DNA from: Rhodosorus marinus CCMP1338
Lineage: Eukaryota; Plantae; Rhodophyta
Length of the DNA: 64,000 nt
Assembly: GCA_029953675.1 (NCBI GenBank)
Contig: JAMWBK010000007.1
Location: forward strand, 1,302,001 to 1,366,000
Direction: 5' to 3'
Made by a program: the position numbers and the translations under genes. Below the pieces are notes generated by a model. It saw nothing but the letters and a program-made list of their open reading frames with translations. It was not told where the DNA came from and made no database searches. This document shows, piece by piece, positions 45,180-56,679 of this stretch (the first letter of the stretch is position 1; each line of letters opens with the position of its first letter).

Positions 45180-46145
45180 CTAGTAAGAATCAGCCCTGTT
45201 AATGCTCTTCAGAATGTCGACGTCATCATACTCACCAAAAAGAGTATCCACACCCTCATCCCCAAAGATTATGTCTTGAAATTCATCTGGATGTGAGTAT
45301 GCCTTGTCGTCTCCTTTTCCGAAGTAGATTTTTTCCTCTTCTGTTCCCATGTCAACGATATCATCTCCTCCTTTCAGGAACAAGGTACTACCACCCCCCC
45401 CATAAAAATAATTTTTAACTATCTCGCTGCCATCGGACCCGATCACGACGTCATAGTCATCGAACGGATAAATGAATCTTGTACTATAGTCATCTTCTGT
45501 AACGATAAACAAGTCGTTGCTATTCGTTCCAAGCCAAACTCCGCTCCCACGTGACTGATTGATCAGATTCGGACAGCCAATGGAGTAGGGACACCCCTCA
45601 CCAGTACTACATGTGTCGTCCTGAATTGTAACTTTCGTATCCATGCCCTCAATCTCGAGAACCGCCTCAAACACCAGACACTTCTCCGTTTCACAGCACG
45701 TTGATGCCGCTGGAATTTCGTCGAAGCAGATTCTACTGGCCGATATTGTATTGCCAAGCTTGCTCACGTTCCTCCTCCTCTGATATTTGTCCTTGTTCTT
45801 CGTTGGGATGCTGAAACAATCCGGGTGGATACCTATCTTCGTCGACTTGACCAGTTTTGGATCAACATTCCTTAACGACAATCTCAGGCAACCTGTTGGT
45901 TCTTTGTCTTTGGGGTTCTCATTGCGTACGCACAGCTTGGGAGTTTTCCCATTCAGCTCTTTAACTGTCAGCTCCCTGCAGTATGACGTACCCCAGAGAA
46001 CTCTCTTTTCAGCCACGCTATCTTCACCCACTCCATCAGTTTCCTCTGGGGGAGGGGGAAGAAAGTTAGCACACGTCTCCGTGAACGCCTCTCCGCGGAG
46101 GAGACACAAACTGCTCACCACAGCCACCACCAACACCACCCTCAT
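45180..46145 (-). CDS. Secreted 321-aa protein: Cys-rich N-terminal domain plus short RTX-like acidic repeats
   Basis: Signal MRVVLVVAVVSSLCLLRGEA. Cys domain (GCLRL...IGIHPDC...SASRICFDEI..ASTCC). C-terminal KGGDDIVD, GKGDDKAY, GDEGVDTLFG. Confidence 0.88.
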   Translation of the reverse strand: MRVVLVVAVVSSLCLLRGEAFTETCANFLPPPPEETDGVGEDSVAEKRVLWGTSYCRELTVKELNGKTPKLCVRNENPKDKEPTGCLRLSLRNVDPKLVKSTKIGIHPDCFSIPTKNKDKYQRRRNVSKLGNTISASRICFDEIPAASTCCETEKCLVFEAVLEIEGMDTKVTIQDDTCSTGEGCPYSIGCPNLINQSRGSGVWLGTNSNDLFIVTEDDYSTRFIYPFDDYDVVIGSDGSEIVKNYFYGGGGSTLFLKGGDDIVDMGTEEEKIYFGKGDDKAYSHPDEFQDIIFGDEGVDTLFGEYDDVDILKSINRADSY

Positions 46146-46697
46146 CCTTACCCAATCCAGATCAGCTACAGCGAACTGCTAACTCTCGTATACCTCCCGT
46201 CAAGGCCAACCCTCTCACCTCCTCATCAGCGATAGGCGGTCGATGCTGCATGTTTTAAATACGGTTTCGGTTAACGGGATTCCTCTGATCCCTCTCTAAT
46301 CCTCAAGGCATGATCCTCGCATTGAGTAGATTTTTTCGGGAGAGAATGAATGAAGAATATCTTCGTCACAGGCTGAAAGACCAACCCCGTGTAGAAGAAA
46401 AGACCGTGCAATTCAGAGTTCATGCGTAACAATCGGAAACTCACGGGTATATGTCGGAAGGGCCCCATCTCGTCAGGCCAGGTTTTTTTGCTCCTCCCTC
46501 TCCGAATACGCGAATTTCTTCTGTTCTTCTGTTCTAACTGTACATCGCACCTGAAGGATTGCCTCCCTACTATATACCAACCGTCAACGGGAGAAACCGC
46601 GAGAATTTAGCTCGTCTTCCGCGAAAACATTCACCAAGCGTAGCGGCTGACTAATTCCACGAGTGAGACGTTACCTAGAGCGTAGTGGGACACTCAG

Positions 46698-46882
46698 AAA
46701 AATAAAAACGATAGGAGACTTAAGAGAAAATAAAAACGATGGGAGAGTCTAAACGATGGGAGATTGTGGGAAAAATAAAAACGACCGAAGACGTTGGGAA
46801 ATATAAAAACGATAGGAGACTGGAGAAAAAATAAAAACGATGGGAGACGTTGGGAATAATAAAAACGACGGGAGACGTTGGT
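46698..46882. repeat. ~28-bp minisatellite, ~7 copies
   Basis: Unit AAAATAAAAACGATGGGAGACGTTGGG and variants. Confidence 0.85.
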
Positions 46883-46899
46883 AAAATGACTGCACCACG

Positions 46900-47110
46900 G
46901 ATTGCTGTTGATTGCCGATGGCTTCAAACATCGTCATGGTCAACTTCAGCCCAGCCTAAGGCACCGCCGGCCGTGAAATTGAACATGAGAAGCCCCCTCT
47001 GGGCAGGGCCAGCGGAAAGAAGACCTCGTGGTCACCTCCAACAACCGCTCACCACAGCCACCACCAACGCCAACCTCATCCTTTCCCAATCTATATCAGC
47101 AACAGTCACC
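46900..47110 (-). pseudogene. 5' fragment of a paralog of the 45180-46145 gene
   Basis: 47040-47110 resembles 46108-46178. ATG 47079 gives MRLALVVAVVSGCWR then a stop. Confidence 0.6.
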
Positions 47111-48693
47111 TACTGGACGTTAGCGTACTGGCTTTATTCACCGGCTTTATTAGCATAGCCTACAGCGCTACGCAACCGTTAAAAGGAACTATGAACTAGA
47201 TAGGGAAGCGTGCAAACCCAGGCGCAAATGGCGCGCCTCGGCAAGCATGCTGTTCGAATATCGCCACAGAGAGACACTTAAGCGCCGCAAAAGTTCCAAG
47301 TATTCAACAGGATGCTCAGTGAAACATTTCCGCAACCACTCCAAACCCGACTTCTCCATGTGACCAAAGCTTTCCACAATGAAAGGCTGAAACCGGTGGG
47401 AGCGACACTCAGCGCGAGGCAGGCTGGCCATACTCTCAGCATACCGTCGTTCCTTCCCACGGCAAAGGGCCGAAGCAGCCGCTCCCCGGCGACGGGCGGC
47501 AGCCGTGAGATGGGCGCTTGCCACAGGGCATGTAATCGCGATGTCAACATATGCTGAGCGTCTGGCGGCAGCATCGGAGACGAGGAGATCTGCGATACAG
47601 CGGGGCGGTGCCCTATCCGAGACCGATCTGGGTAGTTCCGACTCTCCACCTCAACCGTATGCCCTACCGGAGTCAGACATTCGCTGAGAATGTACTTGAA
47701 GCGAGTGTGACGCCTCGTACGAAGACCTCTCAACAGTCCGCATGAACCTAAGAAATGGTAACCACAAGCATCGATCCGACTCTCACATCCCTGACAGAAA
47801 GACGGCCGATTAGAGTGCCACGGAGCTTGTGGCAAACCCAGGTAAATCCGTGCGGCAGAGCGAAACTGGAAGGCATCCAGGCGGTGACCCAGTGAGGACG
47901 GCAGGGTCGTTAACCACAAATGTGAAAGATGGCCCCCCATGCCGCGGAGGCGAGCGGCGGTGGTAGGCGGTGTGAGTGGATGCCTTCCAGTTCCGCTCCG
48001 CCGCAAGGATCTACTTAGGTCTGCCACAAGCCCCGTGGCACTCTAATCGGCCGTCTTTCTGTCTCGGATGTGAGAGCCGGATTGACTCTTGTGCCTACCA
48101 CTTCTTGGGTTCATGCGCACTGTTGCGAGGTCTCCGCACGAGGCGCCACACTCGTCTCAAGTACATCCTGAGCGAATGTTTAACTCGGGTAGGGCATACT
48201 GTTGAGGTGGAATCGGAACTGCCCAGATCGGTCTCGGACACTGCGCTGCCCCACTGTGTCGCAGATCTTCTTGTATCAGACCCTGCCGCCTTACGCTCAG
48301 CATATGTTGACCTCGCGATTACATGCCCTATGGCGAGCGCCCACCTAACGGCTGCCGCCCGCCGCCCAGGGGCAGCCGCTTCGGCTCTTCGACGAGTGAA
48401 GGAACGACGGTATGCTGAGAGCATGGCCAGTCTGCCCTACACCGAGGGTCGCTCCACCGGTTCCAGCCTTTCATTGTGGAAAGCTTTGAAGTCGGGTTTA
48501 GAGTGGTTGCGGAAATGTTTTTTACGGCGTTTGAGTGCCGCCCTGTGGCGATATTATAGCAGCATGCTTGCCGAGGCGCGCCATCGGCGCTTGGGTTTGC
48601 ACGCTTCCCTCCCTAGTTCTTAGTTCCTTTTCACCCCTTGCGTAGCGCTTCAGGCTATGCTAGTAATAAAGCCAGTAAAGCCCAGTACACCCA
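47111..48693. mobile_element. Two CRE-A 3' fragments fused head-to-head, tails pointing outward
   Basis: Minus arm 47111-47980 and plus arm 47977-48693 share TGGA at the junction. Both carry reiterated (AAT)AAAGCCAGT tails. Confidence 0.9.
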
Positions 48694-49600
48694 GTCAAAG
48701 AGGAGATTTCGCTACCCTGCCGATGGGGCGGATTGGGGTTCGCGACACGCACGCGACTACAGCCGATTGCGTTCTTCTCAGCATGGGCACAGGCCTTGAG
48801 AGATCATGAAGGCCAGTGGCCGTATATAACGGTGATAGAGCGGCAGGTTGGGCAAGCTAACGCGGTACACACAGGTCGCCTTGGTCGAATCAAGGTGTCA
48901 ACCGAGCAGATCGGAGAGCAAATACGAGCGTCTACTAGTGCCATACAGCGCCGACTGTGCGCCGAAACACATCCGAGGATCCGGCGACTCGCCACGTTGC
49001 CGGCCTCGAGAGACAGCAACCACACCGACGTAGCAGACTCTCCGCCAGCATGGAACAATGGTTCAATACAACAAACCCTGTGCGAAGGCACACCATTGCG
49101 CATTCCGACGCTTGGTCAGCCGCGATGGAGTTTGGGTGGAACATCGTGCGAGAATCCGATCAGCCGCTGGCTCGGGATCGGGGGTGTGGCTACGGGAACT
49201 ACCGTTGCTCAAGCCGAGGAAATTGGACGCAAAAGAATTGCAGGTAAATGTACGACAACTCTTGGGCCTGCCGATTCCGGGGCTGCGGACAACGGAGAGG
49301 TGCACCAGTTGCCGTAGCCAACACGGCACTAATGGGGTACAAAGATTTAAACACTGCCCAACGTCGACAGGACTATGGCAGAGACGCCACGACGAGATCT
49401 GTACCGAGCTAGGGCGATGGCTAAATCGGTGGAACTTTCTGGATATACAACAAGAGCCGGCATCGTATTTTGAGAACTACCAGCTGCGACCGGATATTGT
49501 AGCGACACACCCGAAGACATTTCAACGATACGCGATAGATGTGACGGTAATTTCACCGCTACAGGGCAAGTACCTACGACGTAGCAGTGGAGAGCCGGCT
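48694..49600 (+). mobile_element. CRE-B internal and C-terminal fragment
   Basis: LPCRWGGLGFATR, CTSC...KHC, RRHDEIC, RPDIVATHPKTFQRYAIDVT. Confidence 0.88.
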
Positions 49601-52600
49601 TCTTCGTATTAACTGGGTCTGCGACCTGCCCTCTGCTTCATCGGGTACCCCAAACTGTGTTTTCCGACACCAGTCTATCGCGATCGCCCTCAACCGTTGC
49701 CAATCAGTCTGCCAGCGATTGTGGATAAATACTTTTCCCAAACTCGGCGACTTTGCGAACCTCTCCACCACCTCACTATGATACTCTCCACGCTAAACAA
49801 GGACGCTCTTATCGCGTGTGGCGCCAATCGTTTGATCGAAACAAACTCCTGTCAACGTTTTCCTACAACAGATGAGTTCCCGCATCCTCTACAAGATTCT
49901 ATCGACGTATCGCCCTCGCTTTGGTCGGCCAGCACAGAACCAGACGACGAACTTATCCTATCCGCCCACATCTGAAAATCCTTTATTATTACTATATCCT
50001 CCATCATGAATTACAGGAACGCGTCGATTAGCGACGAGTGGAATCGGCACTATATCGAGAGTCCGAGCAGTGATAGAGAGGGAGGGTAGAAACGGAGGAA
50101 GAAGACGGCAGCGAGAACATGTTACAGTAGAGTCACATGTTGAAATTCTTGAGACTGATGAGTTAGGTGGATTGTGTCTATTGCGTATTGGTATGAGCTT
50201 CACCATCGCATGGTGTAGAACGGCTAGCGGGAAGGAGTTTCACGAGCGCAGAATTTGCTCGTGGCGAACCCTCTTTCTAAGGCGACTTTGGAGCGTGAAG
50301 TTTCGTCAGCTATTGCCTGAGGGATTCCATTAAGCTCTTATACGCTTAGGTTGTATTGCTCGAGACTTTCATCTACAACTAAATGTCGAAGCCACCGCGT
50401 TTAACATCACACTCACAAATCAGTTCAATCGTTCCAATCAACAACTGTCAATTCAATCTCTAGCAAAAATTACATATGCTCAAAATATCGGACTTAATAT
50501 TTGTTGCTGAGCTGTCTGATAATTTCTATTTTTGGAACCTATCTATGAGTTCAACCAAAACAAAAATAAACGAATCATCGATAGTTGTAAAACATAAAAT
50601 AAAAGTGACTTCCAGTGAACCCATGCACTCTTCTGATTTGAAGTTTTCACTACTTTCTTTTCTTGGACGAACGTCATTACGAGAAATAAATTACAAATAA
50701 ATGAGATACATGGTGACTTCCCGTGCCAAGATAATCGTGTTAGTCAATAATAATTAGAATGTATTCGTTCCTGCTTCAGCGCCATGATGATGATTGGAAG
50801 AAAAAATAGCTCGAAGATGGAATTGGAGTATATCTAGAGGCAATGGGCAATCCGATTTTATGTTAATTGGTAGAGATTCGGTCTCCATAAAGTTCTAATA
50901 TTGAAAGGAATTTCCTCAGTCCAATCAGAAAGATTAATTAAGGGAACCTTTCGAAGAATTTCCAGATCGGCATGATCAGCTGTTTTTTTTGAATAGACAT
51001 AAGTTAAAGCCCTCGAATAAATTTGGCAATAAGTAATTTTCCCGCTAATGTTGAATTAGAATGTATTGTCGTTACTGACATTTTTATTTTTGTTGAAGCT
51101 ACTTCTATTGTTGAAATTTCGGAAAAGTTCTGATGGGGATGATGAATCAGAACGTTTCGACGCTGCAACATTCGTTGAGATGGTGCTTGGAGGAAACTAA
51201 CAGAGTGCTGACGTTTGTGGTGATCTAGTCGTGGGGGGGCGCTCTACCTGTAGCGGCACCTTGCCCTCCTACTGAAAGGAAATTGGTAACGTAGTCTGTG
51301 GTTTAATGCGGGTAAAGGATGGATGTGAGCGTCGAACTCGATCCGTGAAACCTGAAATGCGAGTAAAATCCGATTGGAGTGTTTATTCGTGTTTGTGTGC
51401 GTGTGAAGGCTGACGTCCGGCGTTCCCCTGTAAGAGGTCACAAATACCTACACTGGTCAAGCTCTCGCCCCCGCCCCCACAATCAAGTTTTCTTGCGCAA
51501 TACCAGAAATTCCTCATATCCAACATCGCGGAATAGTTCGTTTTCTGCGGACAAGAAAAAACAAAAACCGACGTGTTTGCTCCGCGTTACGTGGGCCGAT
51601 GTTGATGAGCTCTGTCTGATTAAGCGCTCTACCCTGTGAGGATTGGATACGAGGAGGATGGTAGGATTCTACAATGAAATAGGCTCGTTCAAAGGAAAAC
51701 AGAGGGTTCCGTTTCGACAAAGCCGCACTTTATTTGGGGAGAGCAAGCATGAGACTGAAAGCTTAACGCAGTTCGTTTGAAGGATGCATTGACATTAAAG
51801 TCCTTGAAATTTTGAAAGCATTTAGAGTGGATAATTATGCTTACCCGTTAGAAGCTTCACCTGTTCGGAAATTTGCATCATCTCGGGGGTTATTGTCGTT
51901 CGTTTTCACTCTAAAAACTCGAAAATATGGTGATAAGCCCGGAGTTCCTGTTCAATATGGAGGCCCGGCTTCATTATTCGTTGTCAAGAATCGCTGTTCA
52001 ACTTCAACGCCTGGAGAGGAATCCATGGTTAGACCCAAAGCAATGCATTGGAGGACCTTGTAAGAAACGCCTGATAGTAGCAAAGCTAGGCGAGAATTCT
52101 TGCGTGGCGGACAGGATCACCTCCGAAGATGTGAAAGACTGTGCGTGGTGAACATGGTGACGTTCCCAAGAAGAGCGTTCACTGAACAGTTCCATATGAG
52201 GTTCGGTCCCGATGCTGAGCGGGAAGTTCACTTCTTTAGTATCCAATCCATAATATGGAAGCCGCCCAGCCATCAGTCCGGATTTTGCATTTTTTTACAT
52301 AAGCGGCGAGTCACATCTCCAGCAGTGTACGCGATTGCAATGAGAATGACCATGTTTTAGTTAATCTTCATAGATTAATGCGGCGCGAAGTTGGTTCGTA
52401 CGGAGGCCGCGCATGCCCTGGATGCGCAGGGACTCCACTCCCATCAAGTTCACTGCGCACAGCCATCCTCTCCATCTCGTCTAGCACGGACCCTCTAGTC
52501 TGACTAGAGACCCAAGAAGCATAGAACTGCAGAGGAAAACACGCCTTGACCTTCGGTTCATTCTCAACAACATAAATATGCGCTTCTTGGAGGTTGTTGT

Positions 52601-52665
52601 GGAGTGCAGTTCCGAGCAAGGTCGAGATGATGACATACCAATGAGCAGGAGACGTTGCTGCAACT

Positions 52666-55600
52666 ATGAACATTAAAACAGTCGGGTTATTGGGACTGTG
52701 CGTCCTTTTTGGGCTGCTTTTCAGTTGCCCAGTAAAAGCAGAGGACTCCGAAGTTTGTGAAGGCTGGGGATTGTCGAGTACGGCATGCTTGATGGCACAA
52801 GATGTGGCATCTGGCTACGCCGATGGTGAGGAAGGAGGTGTTTTCAACGTGTACGCACCGTTTTTCTACGTCATCGATTTTTCGGAGGACGAGACGTCTT
52901 CGACGAAGCTTTTCGGGTCGGATCAAGATGTCGTTGTATACGGATACTACATTCTTATCAAAGGAGCCGCGGGGGCGGTTGCGAAGATGCAGGGGACGAA
53001 CCTCTCGATCATCGGGAGCGTCGTGGAGATAAAGACGGATGGAGACTTCGAAGTGAACCTCACAGCAAATGTACTCACCTCCCTTCCTCCTGAGGCTCCG
53101 GAACAGCCGGATGTGCCAGGTCCTCCGAAGCAACAATCACACACCGATAGTCCGAATGGCGAGATGGGCAAATGGGGCTTCACGGGTTACAAAGGGCACC
53201 AGGGCAGAAGCGGTGGGAACTTCACACTTATCGCCAAGAGCCTGGATGTTGCGAGCTTGTACTCGGGCGGCTTCAAAATGACTGTGACGACAAATGGAGG
53301 TGAAGGCGGAACGGGAGGAATAGGTGGACAGGGTGGCAACGCTCAGCAGGGCGTGGACGGTATGCCCTGTGGGCTTAAGGACGACTGGGTAGCAAGCCGG
53401 TGCTCAGCCTGGTGGTGTAATCAGTGTCCGACTGATGCAGCATGGAATGGCGATAAAAAGATTTGTCAGTACTACAACCCCGGCGCGCCGCAGCAGGGAG
53501 GGCCCGGAGGCACGGGTGGTACCGGAGGAGACGGTGGAAAGGCTGGAGAGGTGAAGATCTACTCAAATGTTGTTGTGGGTGGCGAGAACGTTGAGTTAAC
53601 TAGTGAAGATGCCAGCGCGCTCTTTATTGGCCAATCGATCTCAGGCTCGGGGGGGACCGGTGGGCGTGGAGGTGACGGGGGAAGCGGGGGCACGCTTACC
53701 AACAGATGCGGGGTTCGAACATGGACCAAGAACATCATCCTGAACGTCAACTACTATGAGTCATTTGATTTCCGATATCCTCCGCAAGGCGACCAAGGAT
53801 GGTCCGGTGGCTGGGGAGGCGGAGGGTCGATCTCCCATTTGCCACTTGAGAAGTCATTCCGGGGGGTGGTTGGCGCTGAAGTGGAGGATTGGGATGACAA
53901 CGACTTTGAGCAACCCCAGGAGTATGCGTACGTAGACTACATACAGCCACCTGCCTACATTGACTTCGGTCTCAGCCTTTCGAAGAAAATGTTGAGGGTC
54001 ATGTTCTTCAATGACAACATCGACCAAAACCAAAACGCCTACGCGATGATCATGGCCTCAACGTCGGATATGCTCTATAATGCGCAGCGTGCTGCCAACC
54101 AGACTGCCGATGACACCGTCAGGGAAAAGTATACCTCCCTCGCTGGCCAGGCTATCTCGATCATCCAGGCTGCGAACCAGCTCACAACCTCGACGACGAG
54201 GCCCGTGAACGAGGTCAGCGTGATGAGCTTCGAGTATCTTCTGGACTACCTTGAGGACAGACGTGAACTCGGAGCCGAGCTGGAGATCTACTACGACATT
54301 TTCAGAGACTCAATCGATGACGCTGAGGCCTCAATGGAGATGCTCACCAACGCGACTAGCAACGCACAGAACGGCATCTTGGCTCAGCGGTCGAAGCAGG
54401 AGGAGCTCCTGGTGCAGATGCAGGAGGTAAATCGCTCTATCCTCGCCGCAGAGGAGAACATTAGGCAATACTACTGGGAGATGGACCAGCAGCAGGTCGC
54501 TATGGACGAGTGCTGGGAGAAGGTGAAAGCTCAGATGGTGTTCGAGACGGTAATGGAGTTTACGAGCTTCGCTATGAACGTCTTCGACCTGGGATTCTCG
54601 GTGACACGAGTGCTGTCAAAGGCTGGGGGCTGGTCGAGCAATTCGAAGTCCGATGCGGCAAAAACCGCGTTCAAGGGTATCGACGGCTTCAGCGGGTTTA
54701 AGTTTAAGGCGATAACCGACCTTACTAAGGAGATCCACAGCTTCTTTCCTTCCGCGGGAGATTCAGCGGACTGGTCCGCGTACACTCCAAGCGTGGACGC
54801 AATCATGGAAGACATTGGAAATCTAGCTTCCGATACCCTAGCAGATCCACTCGACAGTCTCTACGAGGCCGATGACTACGAAGCGGCTATGGCAATCGCT
54901 GCGCAGTTGAACTCGATGCAGGACAACATGAGCTCGGCGATGGTGGCAATGGATAGGAAGGAGCTAATGGACTACGTCAGCTTCATGAAGAAAGACTGCT
55001 ACTCGTCGGCAAGCGGTTTTCTCAGGGCTTTCGATACGGCAGACATGTGGGTTGAGCAGAAGAATGATCTGATCGCGCTTTACACGAGCTACATGGCTTA
55101 CCTAAAGCAGGTTACGGCGAGGAAGCTCTACCTTATGAACGTTGTTGACGCTCTGAACATAGAGATCAAGAACAACATGATCAATCCCGCTGCCCCGGCG
55201 GTCAAGATCGCCCACGAAAGCAACTACAACTCACTCGTAGACGACTTCCACAGGGATCTCGAGTTGGTTTTTACCTCGAGGGAGTACCTAATGATGGGAC
55301 TTTCCACTACCGGGCTGAACACGATCACCCTCGCCGACTGCGAGTGGGAGGCGTCCTTACTGGACATCTCCAAGAGCTTGTACTTTCAGTGCGCCTCAGA
55401 GTCGATTCTTAAGCTTCGGCAGTCGTTGAAAAATTGGTATGAGAACACCTACGAGCTCCACCAGTTGATGGAATACGGCGCCTACTGGGGCCCCGTGGAG
55501 CTTAACGCCGAGACGATCGGAGAAGAAAACTGGGCGGAATTCGTGAAAACGGGATCGATGAACTTCTGCATAGATCCATCAAATAAGGCGTTCAATAGCC

Positions 55601-56589
55601 TACCTGGGCTGGCATCTCCCCTCTTCTTCCCGCTGATCTCTTTGGACAGTATATATGCCGTGTTCGACGGCGTCAGCGATAGCGCCGAGCCCGTTGTGGA
55701 TATCATCCATATGGCCAGCTCCGGTATTGCGCGGGTCGCTGAGGGAGACGACGAGGACTCGATGTATAACGTGAGGAAGTTCTCGCACACCAACAGGCGA
55801 CGTACTTTTATGTACTACGGCCGCGCCCCGGATGATGAGGAGGAGAGTTTGCAGGATTGGATGGCGTCGAGCTTCATTCGACAACACGCCATATTTTCTG
55901 AAGAAAAATACCTCGATATCAGCCCGTTCAGCAACTACCGGCTGGATACGAGGTTGATAGACATCGAAGGTATCGCAAATATTCGGCTCTATTTCACCGG
56001 AAGCTATGTGAGGTCAAACTTTGCCGACGCTCTTGACGATAACATACCGATCATGTGCAACTCGTTCTTTCCGGAAGAAACGAGCACTCCCTCGCCGACT
56101 CCGGAATACAAAGCGACGCCAACCTCAACTCCCTCGCCGATGCCGTCAGTCGAAGCGACGCCAACCTCAGCTCCGGACGAAGAGGAAACGAACACTTCCG
56201 CCCTGTTCGAGGAATTCAGGGAAAAATCTGCTTTCCTGCCAGCTGAAACCATGTTGAGTGAAATAGGACCGACTGGTTGCGCTTCGTACAGCTCTTCTGT
56301 GAAAAGAGTTGCGTCAGAATCGTCAGAAGGTCAAGTCAACGCGTGCGAGATCACCATTGGAGCAAACGATGGAGTTTATCTGCCAAAGGTGATCAAGATG
56401 GATTGGGATTGGTCCGATAAACCAAAGAGGACGCAGTGGAAGAGACCGGAAGGCGTTGCAGTGAGCTCCAACAAGAAATCTGTGATCTTCAACCTCTCAA
56501 CCGCCGTCCTCAGTGAAAATATGAGGGAGGCCAAAGTTACCGTCGTCTCCGAGAGCTGCCCAGCAAGTATCAAGGTAGCATCTTGCTAG
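52666..56589 (+). CDS. Intronless secreted 1307-aa protein: Gly-rich repeats, long helical/coiled-coil core with a central hydrophobic stretch, beta-rich domain, T/P linker and small C-terminal domain; possibly pore-forming-toxin-like
   Basis: Signal MNIKTVGLLGLCVLFGLLFSCPVKA. GGEGGTGGIGGQGG-type runs; heptad-like LLAQRSKQEELLVQMQEVNRSILAAEENI; hydrophobic VMEFTSFAMNVFDLGFSVTRVL; DISPFSNYRL...IRLYFTGS; TSTPSPT repeats. The CDS is solid; the function is inference. Confidence 0.88.
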   Translation: MNIKTVGLLGLCVLFGLLFSCPVKAEDSEVCEGWGLSSTACLMAQDVASGYADGEEGGVFNVYAPFFYVIDFSEDETSSTKLFGSDQDVVVYGYYILIKGAAGAVAKMQGTNLSIIGSVVEIKTDGDFEVNLTANVLTSLPPEAPEQPDVPGPPKQQSHTDSPNGEMGKWGFTGYKGHQGRSGGNFTLIAKSLDVASLYSGGFKMTVTTNGGEGGTGGIGGQGGNAQQGVDGMPCGLKDDWVASRCSAWWCNQCPTDAAWNGDKKICQYYNPGAPQQGGPGGTGGTGGDGGKAGEVKIYSNVVVGGENVELTSEDASALFIGQSISGSGGTGGRGGDGGSGGTLTNRCGVRTWTKNIILNVNYYESFDFRYPPQGDQGWSGGWGGGGSISHLPLEKSFRGVVGAEVEDWDDNDFEQPQEYAYVDYIQPPAYIDFGLSLSKKMLRVMFFNDNIDQNQNAYAMIMASTSDMLYNAQRAANQTADDTVREKYTSLAGQAISIIQAANQLTTSTTRPVNEVSVMSFEYLLDYLEDRRELGAELEIYYDIFRDSIDDAEASMEMLTNATSNAQNGILAQRSKQEELLVQMQEVNRSILAAEENIRQYYWEMDQQQVAMDECWEKVKAQMVFETVMEFTSFAMNVFDLGFSVTRVLSKAGGWSSNSKSDAAKTAFKGIDGFSGFKFKAITDLTKEIHSFFPSAGDSADWSAYTPSVDAIMEDIGNLASDTLADPLDSLYEADDYEAAMAIAAQLNSMQDNMSSAMVAMDRKELMDYVSFMKKDCYSSASGFLRAFDTADMWVEQKNDLIALYTSYMAYLKQVTARKLYLMNVVDALNIEIKNNMINPAAPAVKIAHESNYNSLVDDFHRDLELVFTSREYLMMGLSTTGLNTITLADCEWEASLLDISKSLYFQCASESILKLRQSLKNWYENTYELHQLMEYGAYWGPVELNAETIGEENWAEFVKTGSMNFCIDPSNKAFNSLPGLASPLFFPLISLDSIYAVFDGVSDSAEPVVDIIHMASSGIARVAEGDDEDSMYNVRKFSHTNRRRTFMYYGRAPDDEEESLQDWMASSFIRQHAIFSEEKYLDISPFSNYRLDTRLIDIEGIANIRLYFTGSYVRSNFADALDDNIPIMCNSFFPEETSTPSPTPEYKATPTSTPSPMPSVEATPTSAPDEEETNTSALFEEFREKSAFLPAETMLSEIGPTGCASYSSSVKRVASESSEGQVNACEITIGANDGVYLPKVIKMDWDWSDKPKRTQWKRPEGVAVSSNKKSVIFNLSTAVLSENMREAKVTVVSESCPASIKVASC

Positions 56590-56679
56590 ACATTGCACGT
56601 ACTGCACCGAGCCGCGGGAAGACTCGAGCCCCTAATTAAAAAAAAAAACCAGCGACCTCCCGCTGCGTCGTGAATCCTG

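Noticed and set aside
49600-52600. Short ORFs and an AT-rich tract upstream of the 1307-aa gene
   Set aside because: No ORF with a recognisable product; treated as unannotated intergenic or decayed DNA.
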